Notes: a model not told the origin generated them from the sequence alone. A DNA stretch of 47,502 nt from an uncultured Nitrososphaeraceae archaeon (GCA_963729045.1 CAVSMN010000019.1:1-47502), one strand, 5' to 3'; positions 11,843-22,400 are shown, counted from the stretch's first letter. Numbers and translations: made by a program.

Positions 11843-13144
11843 TCATCTAATGATTCTGTAATTTATTTTTTGTTTGCTGAATAGTTCAACTAACACATTT
11901 GACTGCTCTCTGTTCTCAAGTTCCAAGCTAAGATATACTCCAGCTGTCCCAGCAGGAATATTCGAACTAAGTCTGTCATGAACTACCTCAACAATATTTA
12001 CATTTGCTTGCGCAATATCATTCACTATATTTCTCAAGGCCCCTGGCTTATCTTTGAGTTCAATAAACAATTTTATTAGTCTACCTGTTTGCATCAATCC
12101 CTTTGCAACTACCTGACCTAGTAGATACATGTCCACATTGCCGCCTGATAATATTGATACAATGTTCTTGTTTTTTGGAATACTCTTCTGATTTGAAATC
12201 AGATAAGCTAGGGAAGCAGCACCTGCAGGTTCCGTAACAATTTTTGAACGTTCCATCAATAAAAACATTGTCTTCACTATAGAAAGGTCATCCACTAATA
12301 CAATATTATCAACCCTGTCTTTTATTATCTCATAAGGTAATTTTCCAGGTGATTTTACAGAAATTCCATCTGCTATTGTATAGCCTTCTTGAACTTTACT
12401 AATTTTCCCTTTTTTGATAGCCTTTTTCATAGATGGAAAAGCTGTAGATTCTACTCCAATTATCCTAACTTTAGGATTGATTGTTTTTATGGCTAAGGAC
12501 ACCCCTGCTATTAAGCCACCCCCACCAACTGGGACATACACCTCATCGATATTCTTCAAATCCTCGAGGATCTCGAGACCCACTGTACCTTGTCCTGCAA
12601 TGACATCGGGATCATCAAAGGCCGGAACAATGGTTCTACCCTCCTTAGTAGCAACTTCCTTTGCATAAACAGACGATTCATCATAGTTATTACCTTCTAA
12701 AATTACATTTGCACCATAAGATCTAGTAGCTGCGATTTTGGCCGGAGAAGCATTCTTTGGCATGACTATTGTGCATGACATCTTATTCATAGCAGATGCA
12801 TAAGCCACCCCTTGGGCATGGTTACCTGCTGACGCTGCTATAACCCCTCCATGTTTTGAATCAGCGTCCAATCTATCAATCATGGTTACTGCCCCCCTAA
12901 CCTTAAAAGAGCCAGTCTTTTGATAACACTCTAATTTTAGATAAATGTTATTGCCACACATATTTGAAAAAGTATTTGACCGTATTAGATCAATTTTTCT
13001 AATTGACGACTTTGCTAATACCTTTTGTGCCCCTTTTATGCTGTTTAAATCTATTCTAGAAATTTTTTTTCTCAAAGAAATGGTAATCCAGGGTTTATTT
13101 AAATTTAGTTCTACAGATAGTCTGGTTAGATATTTTTTCGCCAA
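11843..13144 (-). CDS. ilvA: Threonine ammonia-lyase with C-terminal ACT domain (start may lie downstream of 13144)
   Basis: LKLECYQKTGSFKVRGA (PLP lysine), ASAGNHAQGVA, PVGGGGL, LSGGNVD, ACT motif LKDKPGAL. Confidence 0.9.
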   Translation of the reverse strand: MAKKYLTRLSVELNLNKPWITISLRKKISRIDLNSIKGAQKVLAKSSIRKIDLIRSNTFSNMCGNNIYLKLECYQKTGSFKVRGAVTMIDRLDADSKHGGVIAASAGNHAQGVAYASAMNKMSCTIVMPKNASPAKIAATRSYGANVILEGNNYDESSVYAKEVATKEGRTIVPAFDDPDVIAGQGTVGLEILEDLKNIDEVYVPVGGGGLIAGVSLAIKTINPKVRIIGVESTAFPSMKKAIKKGKISKVQEGYTIADGISVKSPGKLPYEIIKDRVDNIVLVDDLSIVKTMFLLMERSKIVTEPAGAASLAYLISNQKSIPKNKNIVSILSGGNVDMYLLGQVVAKGLMQTGRLIKLFIELKDKPGALRNIVNDIAQANVNIVEVVHDRLSSNIPAGTAGVYLSLELENREQSNVLVELFSKQKINYRIIR

Positions 13145-13436
13145 AGTAATAGAAATATTGGGAATTTTCTTTTTATTGACTCTATTCTACTTTCTCTAAT
13201 GGTTTTCCGGATCCATCACACAATACTTGCGATTTTTGTTATTTTTGTAATCTCAATTTAATTCATATCCAATATGAAACCAGCAGGAAAGAAGTATGTT
13301 TTCTTTTATCAAAGGATAATTTAATCAGCAATTCTAATCCGAGCTGGAAATAGTCTGTGCGGTGAAAGCATTACATCATTTAGAATCTCAAGGTTTTCTA
13401 CTTGAATTATAGGATGGTGTCTTGTGCCTCTTTCTT

Positions 13437-13678
13437 TTTGTTTTCTTGTTGATAGCAGTTCTATCAGGAATTTGATACTTTGTAAGGAAAAGAAATTGTT
13501 TGGGGTTTGTAAAGATGTATCTTAATTGAATCAAAGTAGACAATTTAGAATATCATAATATTACATAAAGATGGTAAAATATATAAAAAAAAAAAAAAAA
13601 TATTTGTTTTCTTGTTGATATCAGTTCTATCGGGAATTTGATACTTTGTAAGGAAAAGAAATTGTTTGAGGTTTGTAA
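13437..13678. repeat. Two 76-bp direct repeats (13437-13512 and 13603-13678, 3 mismatches) separated by 90 bp containing an A16 tract (13585-13600)
   Basis: Read directly: tttgttttcttgttgata[g/t]cagttctatc[a/g]ggaatttgatactttgtaaggaaaagaaattgtttg[g/a]ggtttgtaa. Confidence 0.93.
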
Positions 13679-15477
13679 CTGGACATCTTTTGATATTGAC
13701 TCCAGGTCGCCAATTTTGAACATCCCCATTATTACATTATCCAAAGTCTTCATACAGGGGACCCATCATTACAACATTTGTTTCATGGATTGTCATAATT
13801 GAAAATAATTGAGACGATCTCGCATCAACATTCTGGTCGAGTAAAGATGGAATGAGAAATAATAGAGGAAAACTGATGTGCAAACCCCTAGTTTACTTCT
13901 CATCCATGCACTATATCATAAAGCAACAGTAAAGTAGACATCTTCAATTGATTTAGTGCAATATTTTTTAGAAAATAAAATATTTAGTTTGTATTATGAT
14001 TATTGAAATTGAGAATAATTCCTGGAAAACAAACTAGCTTGAATTGAGCGATAAAGCGAAGAGTAGTAGGTATGAATATGATAGAATCTCCTTTTATCGA
14101 TAAATTTATCCCTTCCATAGTGTCAAGGATAGTTGTATTCAGTTTTAGTTTTGATAGAATTTTAATATTTTTCTATAAGACGTTAATCTGATTACTATTG
14201 TTTCATATATGAATTCCAAATTTATGCGCTATTTGAGTATGTTTTCAAATTTGGTACCGGTATATAAAACCCGTTCAGGGATGTATATTTTTACATCATT
14301 TACAAATTAGCAGGGATCATAATAACTACTCCGATTATTTATTTTCGGATAGACCAAATGACGGGTTTCAAGTGGTATTCAATTGGGTTAAGAAAAAAAG
14401 TAATAAACAAATTGATGAAGCGGTTAAAAATTGATGTAATCCTGCTGATTTATTTCCTGAATTTTCAGTATCACCAAAAGATGCTGTCCGACTGATTTAC
14501 ATAGGACGCTGAACCTGCAAAATAATTGGATACAATGTTACCGTCGTCATCAGTATCATTGTGATCGGTTCAGCCAGCAAAGACCAATCATAATTACCCT
14601 GATTCGCTAAAAATGATGTTACCAAGGTGACCAGAAAAGCAACTAAAATACTTGGAATATAAATTTAATATCTTGGTAAAGAAGTCAGTTTTTGAATTTT
14701 AACTAAAATAAGAAATATAAATACTATCTACATCTTTTACATTCAAATTTTAGAATGATACTAGTAGAAAATGACAAGACAGATTCTCTACATTAATGAT
14801 GACTTCTAAGAGGAATGTTATCTCATAAGATGATTAATCGTCCTAGAATTTCACAAATAGGGAGAATTGGCAACTATATTTCAAATCACCACCTCCCATG
14901 TCCATGATGAGGTGCCATCTCTCCGAATAGTTCCAGTTCTAGATAGACACTACTTATATCATATTTTTGATATTTATTGTTATATTCTCAATCTTAGTTT
15001 CTGTCATTTCTACCTTAAAAAAATGGACAAATCAGTTTGAACAGAAAGGATTAGTTCAAACAAGTCAAAGGTGAGGACAACCCTGCGGGGCATCAACGTC
15101 AGGCAATGATAAAAGCCCTTCTCACGTTTTCACACTAACTAAATCCTTCAAGATTATCGAAAGATTCAGAAACATTTATCACGTGAATGTAGCCCTAATT
15201 TGGATCATCCTCACTCCCTTCAAGATGTTTAGTGAATATTTCATTTGCCGGTTTTGCTTTCGCTAAATACAATTGGTAAAAACGGTATATAATATTGATC
15301 CAGATTTTCATTCTAGAAATTCAGAATCTAGAAATGGTATGAATTTTTTGCCAAATATATTGCAGATATTTCTCGAAAAATGACTTAAAGAAGTTTAAAC
15401 CTTATTTATATAAGATAATACTAGTTTTGTGTTTTGTTTCAGAAAAACGCAATAGTTCTACTAGTCGTATTTAGTAA

Positions 15478-15738
15478 TCATGTTATTATTACAGTGGAAG
15501 CCTGTTGCTCTCTTTGTTTTAGAATTGCATCACACCTTCGTTTTAGCTCGCCCTCACGGGGTTTTATTCGCAATTTGTTTCCACAACAAGGACAGTAATT
15601 ATTAGATTGCCAAATTAGATATATCTGACAAACTTGACATCTTTTCTGTCCTTCTGCGTACCTGAGCGTGTAACTTCCTCCCCCATGGGTCGCTTTATGC
15701 CTCACACAAACACCTTTACAAGCCATAAAAGATCCCAT
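15478..15738 (-). CDS. Small Cys-rich zinc-finger-like protein of a type common in Nitrososphaerota
   Basis: CKGVC..RY.EGQKRCQVC...W...CPCCG.KLR.KPR pattern. Confidence 0.8.
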   Translation of the reverse strand: MGSFMACKGVCVRHKATHGGGSYTLRYAEGQKRCQVCQIYLIWQSNNYCPCCGNKLRIKPREGELKRRCDAILKQREQQASTVIIT

Positions 15739-15989
15739 ACAACTCTTGTTCTAAAAACCTGTATCATGATTTTTATTTTAGAGAATAACTACAAAAGGAA
15801 AAGCAGAACTTATCCAGAGCAACAGACCTAATATCGGCTGGGGCATTATTGATTTTTTTATGCACAATTTCAATCTAAATAAATTAGAGGTACCTATTTT
15901 TCATGTTACACCTGCTATCCTGATATTTACTACAGTATCATTATTATTTTTTAATATTTTGTGATCAGACCTATTTAAATTATTCCAGA

Positions 15990-16877
15990 TTATGTTTTTA
16001 ATTCATTTTTCATCAAATCGTACAGAAATTCGAGCTCATTCTTTATTGCGTCAATTGATTCTTTTGGTATTTTTTCAAAATTAATTACTGAAGTTTTTTC
16101 TTTTGTTTTTTTATTCTTTATCATTTCAAAATCGACATACATAACCATCCCATTTTCACCTTGAAGCATCTTGTTTTGATCAAGGGAGGCCAAATCGATA
16201 TGATAAGTTTCAATTATAAGATTTTCAAGATCCTTCTTTAACTTTGATATTTGTTCATTGTTCTTTTCTATGTCAGGGTAATTGTCCTCAATGGACGAGG
16301 CTTTTTCTATAAGGCTTTTTGACAAATCGTTATGTGTGAATAATTCTTCAAATAATTGTGTGTTATCGACATCCTTATAGCCTAATTTTTCCAGTTCATC
16401 TTTTATTATTTGATCCCCTTTTATAGTAATTTCACTTTTTGCACTGTTGTTTAATTCTTGCAACTCACGGATTTGCTTAGATTTTTGTATAACCTCTTTA
16501 TCAATTTGATAATATAGTAAAGAATGAAATTGGATTCCCATATATATATAAAAATAAAATTTATCAATTTCTAAGCTTACCTGGAAGTAGAGTCGTCGTA
16601 TATCGTCAGATTTTGTTGATTGTATGGGTACAGTTTGCCAATTCTTTGATTTGGCATTTACCAGCCTCTCAAGGTTTTGAAAAAGGGTTACTATTTTATT
16701 TGGATCAAATGAAGAGGTTTCTATTACCGAAAAATCTGCTAACATTACCTTGGTGTCTACGGTGACAGTATTCGCTCTTATGGAATTTTCAAAAACATCT
16801 TTAATATTTTCATAAAATTTATTTAAAAGGATGATTGTATCGGGGTTTTTTCCCTTTTCTTTCAGCGGTAATCGCAT
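15990..16877 (-). CDS. Hypothetical soluble protein with coiled-coil-like segment
   Basis: Clean 295-aa ORF in AT-rich DNA; E/K-rich heptad-like centre; no family recognised. Confidence 0.75.
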   Translation of the reverse strand: MRLPLKEKGKNPDTIILLNKFYENIKDVFENSIRANTVTVDTKVMLADFSVIETSSFDPNKIVTLFQNLERLVNAKSKNWQTVPIQSTKSDDIRRLYFQVSLEIDKFYFYIYMGIQFHSLLYYQIDKEVIQKSKQIRELQELNNSAKSEITIKGDQIIKDELEKLGYKDVDNTQLFEELFTHNDLSKSLIEKASSIEDNYPDIEKNNEQISKLKKDLENLIIETYHIDLASLDQNKMLQGENGMVMYVDFEMIKNKKTKEKTSVINFEKIPKESIDAIKNELEFLYDLMKNELKT

Positions 16878-16961
16878 CTGTTTCTATCTTAATGATGACT
16901 ATTTAAAATTTGAATTTATCTATGGAATATCAATAGATTAAAATATCATCCCAGTAACATA

Positions 16962-17216
16962 ATGGTTATGCCTACAGCCTATATCTTGATTAATTGTATT
17001 TTAGGAAAGGAAGAAGAAATAATTAAACAAATATCTCAAATTCCACAAGTTAAGGAAGTTCGTGGAACTTACGGTGTTCATGATATGTTTGTTAAAATTC
17101 AAACAGATACAGTAGACGAAATGAATAATACAATTACCAATAGCATACGAAAAATTAACGGAATAACATCGACTGTTACATTGGTCTCCATACCCGAACA
17201 GGGTGGCAGGGGATAA
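16962..17216 (+). CDS. Stand-alone Lrp/AsnC ligand-binding (RAM) domain protein
   Basis: MPTAYILINC..G.E...V.EV.GTYGVHD..IRKI.GITST.T pattern; no HTH domain. Confidence 0.88.
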   Translation: MVMPTAYILINCILGKEEEIIKQISQIPQVKEVRGTYGVHDMFVKIQTDTVDEMNNTITNSIRKINGITSTVTLVSIPEQGGRG

Positions 17217-17222
17217 ATTTCC

Positions 17223-17399
17223 TTATTTTTTAATGTGCAGAATTATAAGAAAACTACTAATTGCCACACTTATCCAACCTACGGCTCCAACTATCGCAAA
17301 AATATAATAAATTGGGATTAACAAAGCAACAGCTGCTAAAGCTGCCCCGAGACACCATATAAAAAGTAATATTTGTATATCTATTTCAGAAACCTTCAA
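17223..17399 (-). CDS. Small two-TM membrane protein (58 aa; below ORF-track cutoff)
   Basis: My translation: MKVSEIDIQILLFIWCLGAALAAVALLIPIYYIFAIVGAVGWISVAISSFLIILHIKK*. TTG start is 1 bp after the upstream ORF stop. Confidence 0.65.
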   Translation of the reverse strand: MKVSEIDIQILLFIWCLGAALAAVALLIPIYYIFAIVGAVGWISVAISSFLIILHIKK

Positions 17400-17400
17400 T

Positions 17401-17557
17401 TTAACCCCTTATGTCCTCGTCGTATCCACTTATTGTGTTAACAATTTTTCCACAATTCGTGCAGACATTAAATTCAATAAATTCGAAATCATCATATTTC
17501 CTGTAAGAAAATTTATCATCATGAGTACAAAAAAATCCTTTTTATGTTCTTTATCAA
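17401..17557 (-). CDS. Small zinc-finger-like protein (CxH...CxxC, ~51 aa); needs one T removed from a T7 run near 17530
   Basis: My translation: MIKNIKRIF/CTHDDKFSYRKYDDFEFIEFNVCTNCGKIVNTISGYDEDIRG*. Span is 52 codons plus 1 nt. Confidence 0.5.
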
Positions 17558-17586
17558 TTTTTTCGCATCTCAGGTCGATATTATAG

Positions 17587-17682
17587 TGCCGCCGGTGAGA
17601 TTTGATCTCACGACAGCTCGGTCTTCAGCTTCACCCTGTTAGTTAAACAGTCGAGTGCTCTTCCAGGCTGAGCTACGACGGC
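17587..17682 (-). tRNA. tRNA-Phe (GAA) with a 22-nt intron at position 30/31 (17630-17651)
   Basis: GCCGTCG/CGGCGGC acceptor, GCTC/GAGC D-stem, GTGAG/CTCAC T-stem. Removing ACTGTTTAACTAACAGGGTGAA gives CTCGG-CTGAAGA-CCGAG. Junctions form a BHB motif. Confidence 0.93.
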
Positions 17683-17832
17683 ACATTCTAAAATCATTAG
17701 TTTATAGTATATATATTATTGCTTTAAATCAATCAAAAATAATATTCTTAGGTTAAAAAGATATATTTAATTATTAAATAAAATTCGACCCCAATCCTAA
17801 TAAATAAATGAGTATAAAGTAAAGAATTAGCT

Positions 17833-18018
17833 ATGACAGATAAAAATGAAATGGATAGTTCAGCTAATGAATCGTCTTCAATATTAGAAAGTCCTGAAGA
17901 AAAGAAGAAAAGATTCCTAATGGAATTTGAGAATCCATTTAAGTGTGATAAATGCAGTGAACGATTTAAAAAGAAAAAATATTTGAGAGAGCATAAAGCC
18001 GAAGTGCATGCGTATTAA
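17833..18018 (+). CDS. Small C2H2 zinc-finger protein
   Basis: FKCDKCSERFKKKKYLREHKAEVH matches F-x-C-x2-C-x3-F-x5-L-x2-H-x4-H. Confidence 0.8.
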   Translation: MTDKNEMDSSANESSSILESPEEKKKRFLMEFENPFKCDKCSERFKKKKYLREHKAEVHAY

Positions 18019-18093
18019 CACTACCTATATTATAAACTAGACTCATTTCGACGCCAACCACACCCAAATATCGTAGATAGTAATAGTGAAAAA

Positions 18094-18645
18094 ATGAAAA
18101 TATATACAAAGACTGGAGACCAAGGCAAAACAAGCCTAGCTGATGGTACTAGAGTAGAAAAGTCGAGTAGCCGGATACAATCTTACGGAGCGGTTGACGA
18201 AATTAACAGCCATATTGGAATGTTGATATCATTAATGAATTCTAAATCAAATTTGGCAGATATGGTATAAGACTTGATCATAATACAACACCAATTATTT
18301 ACCTTGGGGAGTGATCTGGCTAATCCACAACAAAAGGTGGAAAATTATCCTCGCATTACTGAGGGAGAAGTTACCTTTTTAGAGAATTGCATTGACAAAT
18401 TTGATAAGGAAGTAGAACCTTTAAGGGCCTTCATTCTCCCCGGGGGAACTATAGAGGCCTCTCAGTGTCACGTGATTCGTACTGTTACCCGCAGGAGTGA
18501 GATTAAAATAGTCGATTTATACCTAAATAATGAAATCAGTAAGAATTGCTTTGTTTATATTAATAGGCTTTCAGATCTTTTTTTTGTATTGGCGAGAGTT
18601 TGTAATCGAAGACAGGATCAGGTTGATATTATTTGGAAAAAATAG
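18094..18645 (+). CDS. pduO: PduO-type ATP:cob(I)alamin adenosyltransferase, interrupted by an in-frame TAA at 18268-18270
   Basis: My translation from ATG 18094: MKIYTKTGDQGKTSL...YGAVDEINSHIG. Same frame as 18274..18645 (FILPGGT, RTVTRRSE, YINRLSDLFF). Confidence 0.88.
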
Positions 18646-19489
18646 CCATGTTACAGTCTTCTATTTTGATTGAATTTTATTAATTGTTTAGTATTAGGAT
18701 ATTAACATTCGAGTTTTGGTTTGGTTGCTGTAATCTCCATCCGGGAATATGATAAAAATTAGAGATCGACTACCATAGTTTATTGAATACAATCCAAGGG
18801 TGACTAATTCTATCAATTTCAAAATTGTAAAATTTAATGTGAGGTTGGAGTTTAATTGTATGGACCCTGTATTGCTGGTGCTTAACCCTCTATTAGTAAG
18901 TGATCATTTTACAGATTGATTTTGAAATGACAGTGTCTTCAAAAAAACATCCAGCAATTCAAATTTTCAAAACCGATACTAGCGAATTTAGTATCTGATT
19001 GTTCAATCCATGTATGATATAAAATAAAATTGTTAAAACTATTGGAATATAAAAATTACTGTCCATTTTATTTAAACCCAGATTTCTTGATGATTTTTGT
19101 TTGTCCTTAAACCCCATTAAGGAGGAATTCAATATCTGAAAATAAAGGGCAATAAATTGAAATATTAATCAACTACAAAACTATCAGATTCTATAATTCC
19201 AAACCTACTAAATTCTTAAATATATTATTTGAGGTGAAAAATAAATTTGGTTATCGAAATTATGGAAAGTACTTTAATTACTTTCATTAACAATAGTAGT
19301 AATATTTTTCGTATAACTATACTGTACTTATTTCAGATTAGTATTCATATTAAATTAATACAATTCAAAATCTTCAATAATAAATCGTATATGGTTACCG
19401 AAAGTTGGCAAAATAATTTCAATACTGATATGCAATACATTTCAACAACTCTTAAAAATCAACTATCACGGGGTTTGGGGTAAACATAA

Positions 19490-22400
19490 TTGAAATTTAA
19501 TCTTCGATTTAGACATCGCATATCAGTTTACGCCTCCTTTTGCTTTGTTCTATTGGTGGTAAATAGCGTTATTCCTGTTAGTCTGCTTACTACTTCCTTT
19601 GGGCAACAATTCGAACCATCCATGATACAAATGCCCTTGGGCTTATCTACCGAAATGGGCTTGAGCCAAAATGAGGACAACTCCGCTCTGCATGATAATA
19701 TGTTTGAAGGATCTTCAGACATTTCCCTTGATATCGGAAATGAAAAGGAGATAAAACAGGAAAATATTGCATATGAAAAACAAGATATTGATTCTCAATC
19801 CGGAAAAGTTAAGAATTTGGCTCAAGCTGATTCGGATAGGGTTAGCACAAAAGTATTGACCAATTATGATGATAAAAAGCAGAATGGTCATCATGATGAT
19901 AAAAAGCAGAATGGTCAGAATGGTCAGAATGGTCAGAATGGTCAGAATGGTCAGAATGGTCAGAATGGTCAGAATGGTCAGAATGGTCAGAATGGTCAGA
20001 ATGGTCAGAATGGTCAGAATGGTCAGAAAAATATCAAGGGTCCTGTCCAACTAAATTTTGTCGATTCCTACTGGACAAATAATATTGCTCCAGAAACTGT
20101 TGTTGCAAGCATTTCATCTGGCCAGGTTACTGCACAGCAAATGCCGCCTGTTGCCAAACAAGAGGTGGATCCTGCAGAAGGTAATTCGGTATTAGCGGTA
20201 ACCATCATTAATCAAGGCTTTTCAGATATATCAGGAGTCAAAGGGTATTTTGACTTCCCGACTGGATTTAAAGCCCTAGTTACTCCTGATAATGTTGATT
20301 CTGATACGGCGATATCCACGTATAATGGCGTGGTAAAAGCTGGACAATCATTTGTTCTTTATTTCCCAGTAAGCATTTTGCAAAATACCCAAGTAGGAAA
20401 AGAGTATCAGGGACAATTGAAAATAAAGTATTTCAAATTAACTGAGCAGTCTAAAAAGGATTTCAGAACAGCCAATATTGAAGTCCCATTTAGACTCTCA
20501 GGTAAGGTAATACTCGAAGTGCAAGGGAGTAACCAAAATTCAATCGCTCCAAATTCCAACGGTCAAGTCCCGCTATACCCATTTACCGGATCTGACATAA
20601 TCAATGTAGTTGCTGGTACACCAAATACTCTAAAAATCGAGCTTTCCAATATGGGAAGCGCCAGTGCCACAGGCGTGATCGTAAATGTTTTGAATAATAA
20701 TCAACAAATAACTAACGGTAATCAAGTATTAGGAGCATCTAATTCAAGTACTTCAAGTGACATAACCACTACCCAGGTTCCATATATAAATTTGGGTAAC
20801 ACAGTATTTAATATTGGAACTCTATCACCCAACCAGAAATCCGAAATAGACCCTATTATATTTCCGCCAGTTTCATCAGGAAACGCTATTCAAAATATCG
20901 AAATTCGAATTTCATACAATGATGCTTATGGAAATAAGAAAATCATAAACCATCTATTAGGCGTGCAAGTAGTCCCTACATCCCCACAGAACGATATCTT
21001 TGTTTCACCTGCCTCGCTTGAAAACGATGATAAAATTCAAAACTCACCTCAATCTATTTCAGGGCAGAGTGATTACTACAGGAATAATAATGGAGTTAAT
21101 TACGTGGGAATGAGCAATGTTTTTCCTTTTAGAGCTCATCCGATTACCACTCTTATGTCTCCAGAAGCACCGAACGCAATTGAAAAACCAGCAATACAAG
21201 ATTCTGAAAAGCAAATGGAAATTGTTGCAGGCAAAGTAGAAAATATCAGCTTCAGTATAAACAGCTTTGGAAAATCGGGGCAACCCAGCGATGGGACTCT
21301 ATCTAACATTGCAATTACACTAACGCCACAATCACCTTCGATCAAAATTCTTGGAAATTCGGTTTGGAACATACCTAATGTAGGTAATGTACCCAACATC
21401 CTTACAACTAAGGTTTTTGCGTCTCCATCTCTTATTGGCAATCCAGTATTCTTTACCGTTAATGTACAGTATTTAAAGAATTATCAAGAACTAAAAACAT
21501 CAAATTTTAATCTTGGTGCAGTGGTAACCGGAAACATAAAATTGGATGTGAATGATCTTACCTTAAGACCAATTGGCAATTCATATGACATAGTAGGAAA
21601 TATTCTAAATCAGGGTAACGCATTGGCACAATTTTCAACGATTTCTATAACCGATCAACAAATACCGAATACTAATAAGAACCATAATAGCTCAGCTGGT
21701 AATGAAGTCTCCTCAAAGGAAAATGCAATATCAGAATACATAGGAGATCTACCGGTCAATGAACCAATCCCCTTTAATATTCCCATTCAAAAATCCCAAT
21801 TGCAATATATTTTAAGTGCTGAGGAGAATTCATCCATTCAGTCAGATGGTCCCCTAAACGATTCCATAGTATTGCCTGTAAAATTAACATATACAGACAG
21901 CATCCAAAAAGTTCATGAAATTGTTCTGTACAAGTCATTGCCAATTAATCCTAATTCAATGTACAACTATCAGGGTTCAACTCCAGATAACAATGGATTT
22001 ATCGACACATACTGGGCTTCCGATGCGCCTCTTCAAAGCAATTCGGCCTCTACATCAAACACGTTTACTAAATTATCCAATCAGAGAGCAGTGGGGCCAG
22101 GCGAAGGCAGCTCCATTCTTGCAGTAGAACTTTCTAATACAGGTTTTTCAGACATTAGTGGGGTTACAGGTTACCTAAAACTACCCCCAGGATTCACGGC
22201 AGATAATTCGGGTTCTGCTAGTTTAAAGAATGATCAACAAGAGATCAATAGCTTTACTTCAGTAGCAGACTCAAGTGATGTGATTAAATCAGGGCAAACT
22301 TATACTTTATATTTCAAAGTCAAAGTATTAGGCACTGCAACCCTAGGAAGTCATCTAGGATCACTATCCCTTTACTACTTTAAGGTCCCTGACACTAAGA

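Noticed and set aside
13437..13678. 76-bp repeat pair as DGR template/variable repeats or a mini-CRISPR
   Set aside because: The three mismatches are not adenine-specific on either strand and there is no reverse transcriptase nearby. Two 76-bp units with a 90-bp spacer do not fit CRISPR dimensions, and no cas genes are present.
13553..13753. 66-aa minus-strand ORF
   Set aside because: Runs through the repeat copy and the T16 tract (poly-Phe); no recognisable protein features.
14412..14460. Possible C/D box sRNA (TGATGA...CTGA)
   Set aside because: Internal C'/D' boxes and the second guide length fit poorly; such motifs arise easily in AT-rich DNA.
17630..17651. tRNA-Asn(GTT) reading of the tRNA at 17587-17682
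   Set aside because: CTGTTTA has no anticodon stem around it and lies within the BHB-delimited intron; splicing yields a perfect Phe(GAA) arm.
19247..19483. 78-aa ORF upstream of the surface protein
   Set aside because: Extremely AT-rich, Ile/Asn-biased, no motif; more likely promoter DNA.
19715..20054. ORFs with (ILT)n and (MVR)n repeats
   Set aside because: Alternative-frame shadows of the stop-free 9-bp repeat inside the surface-protein gene.
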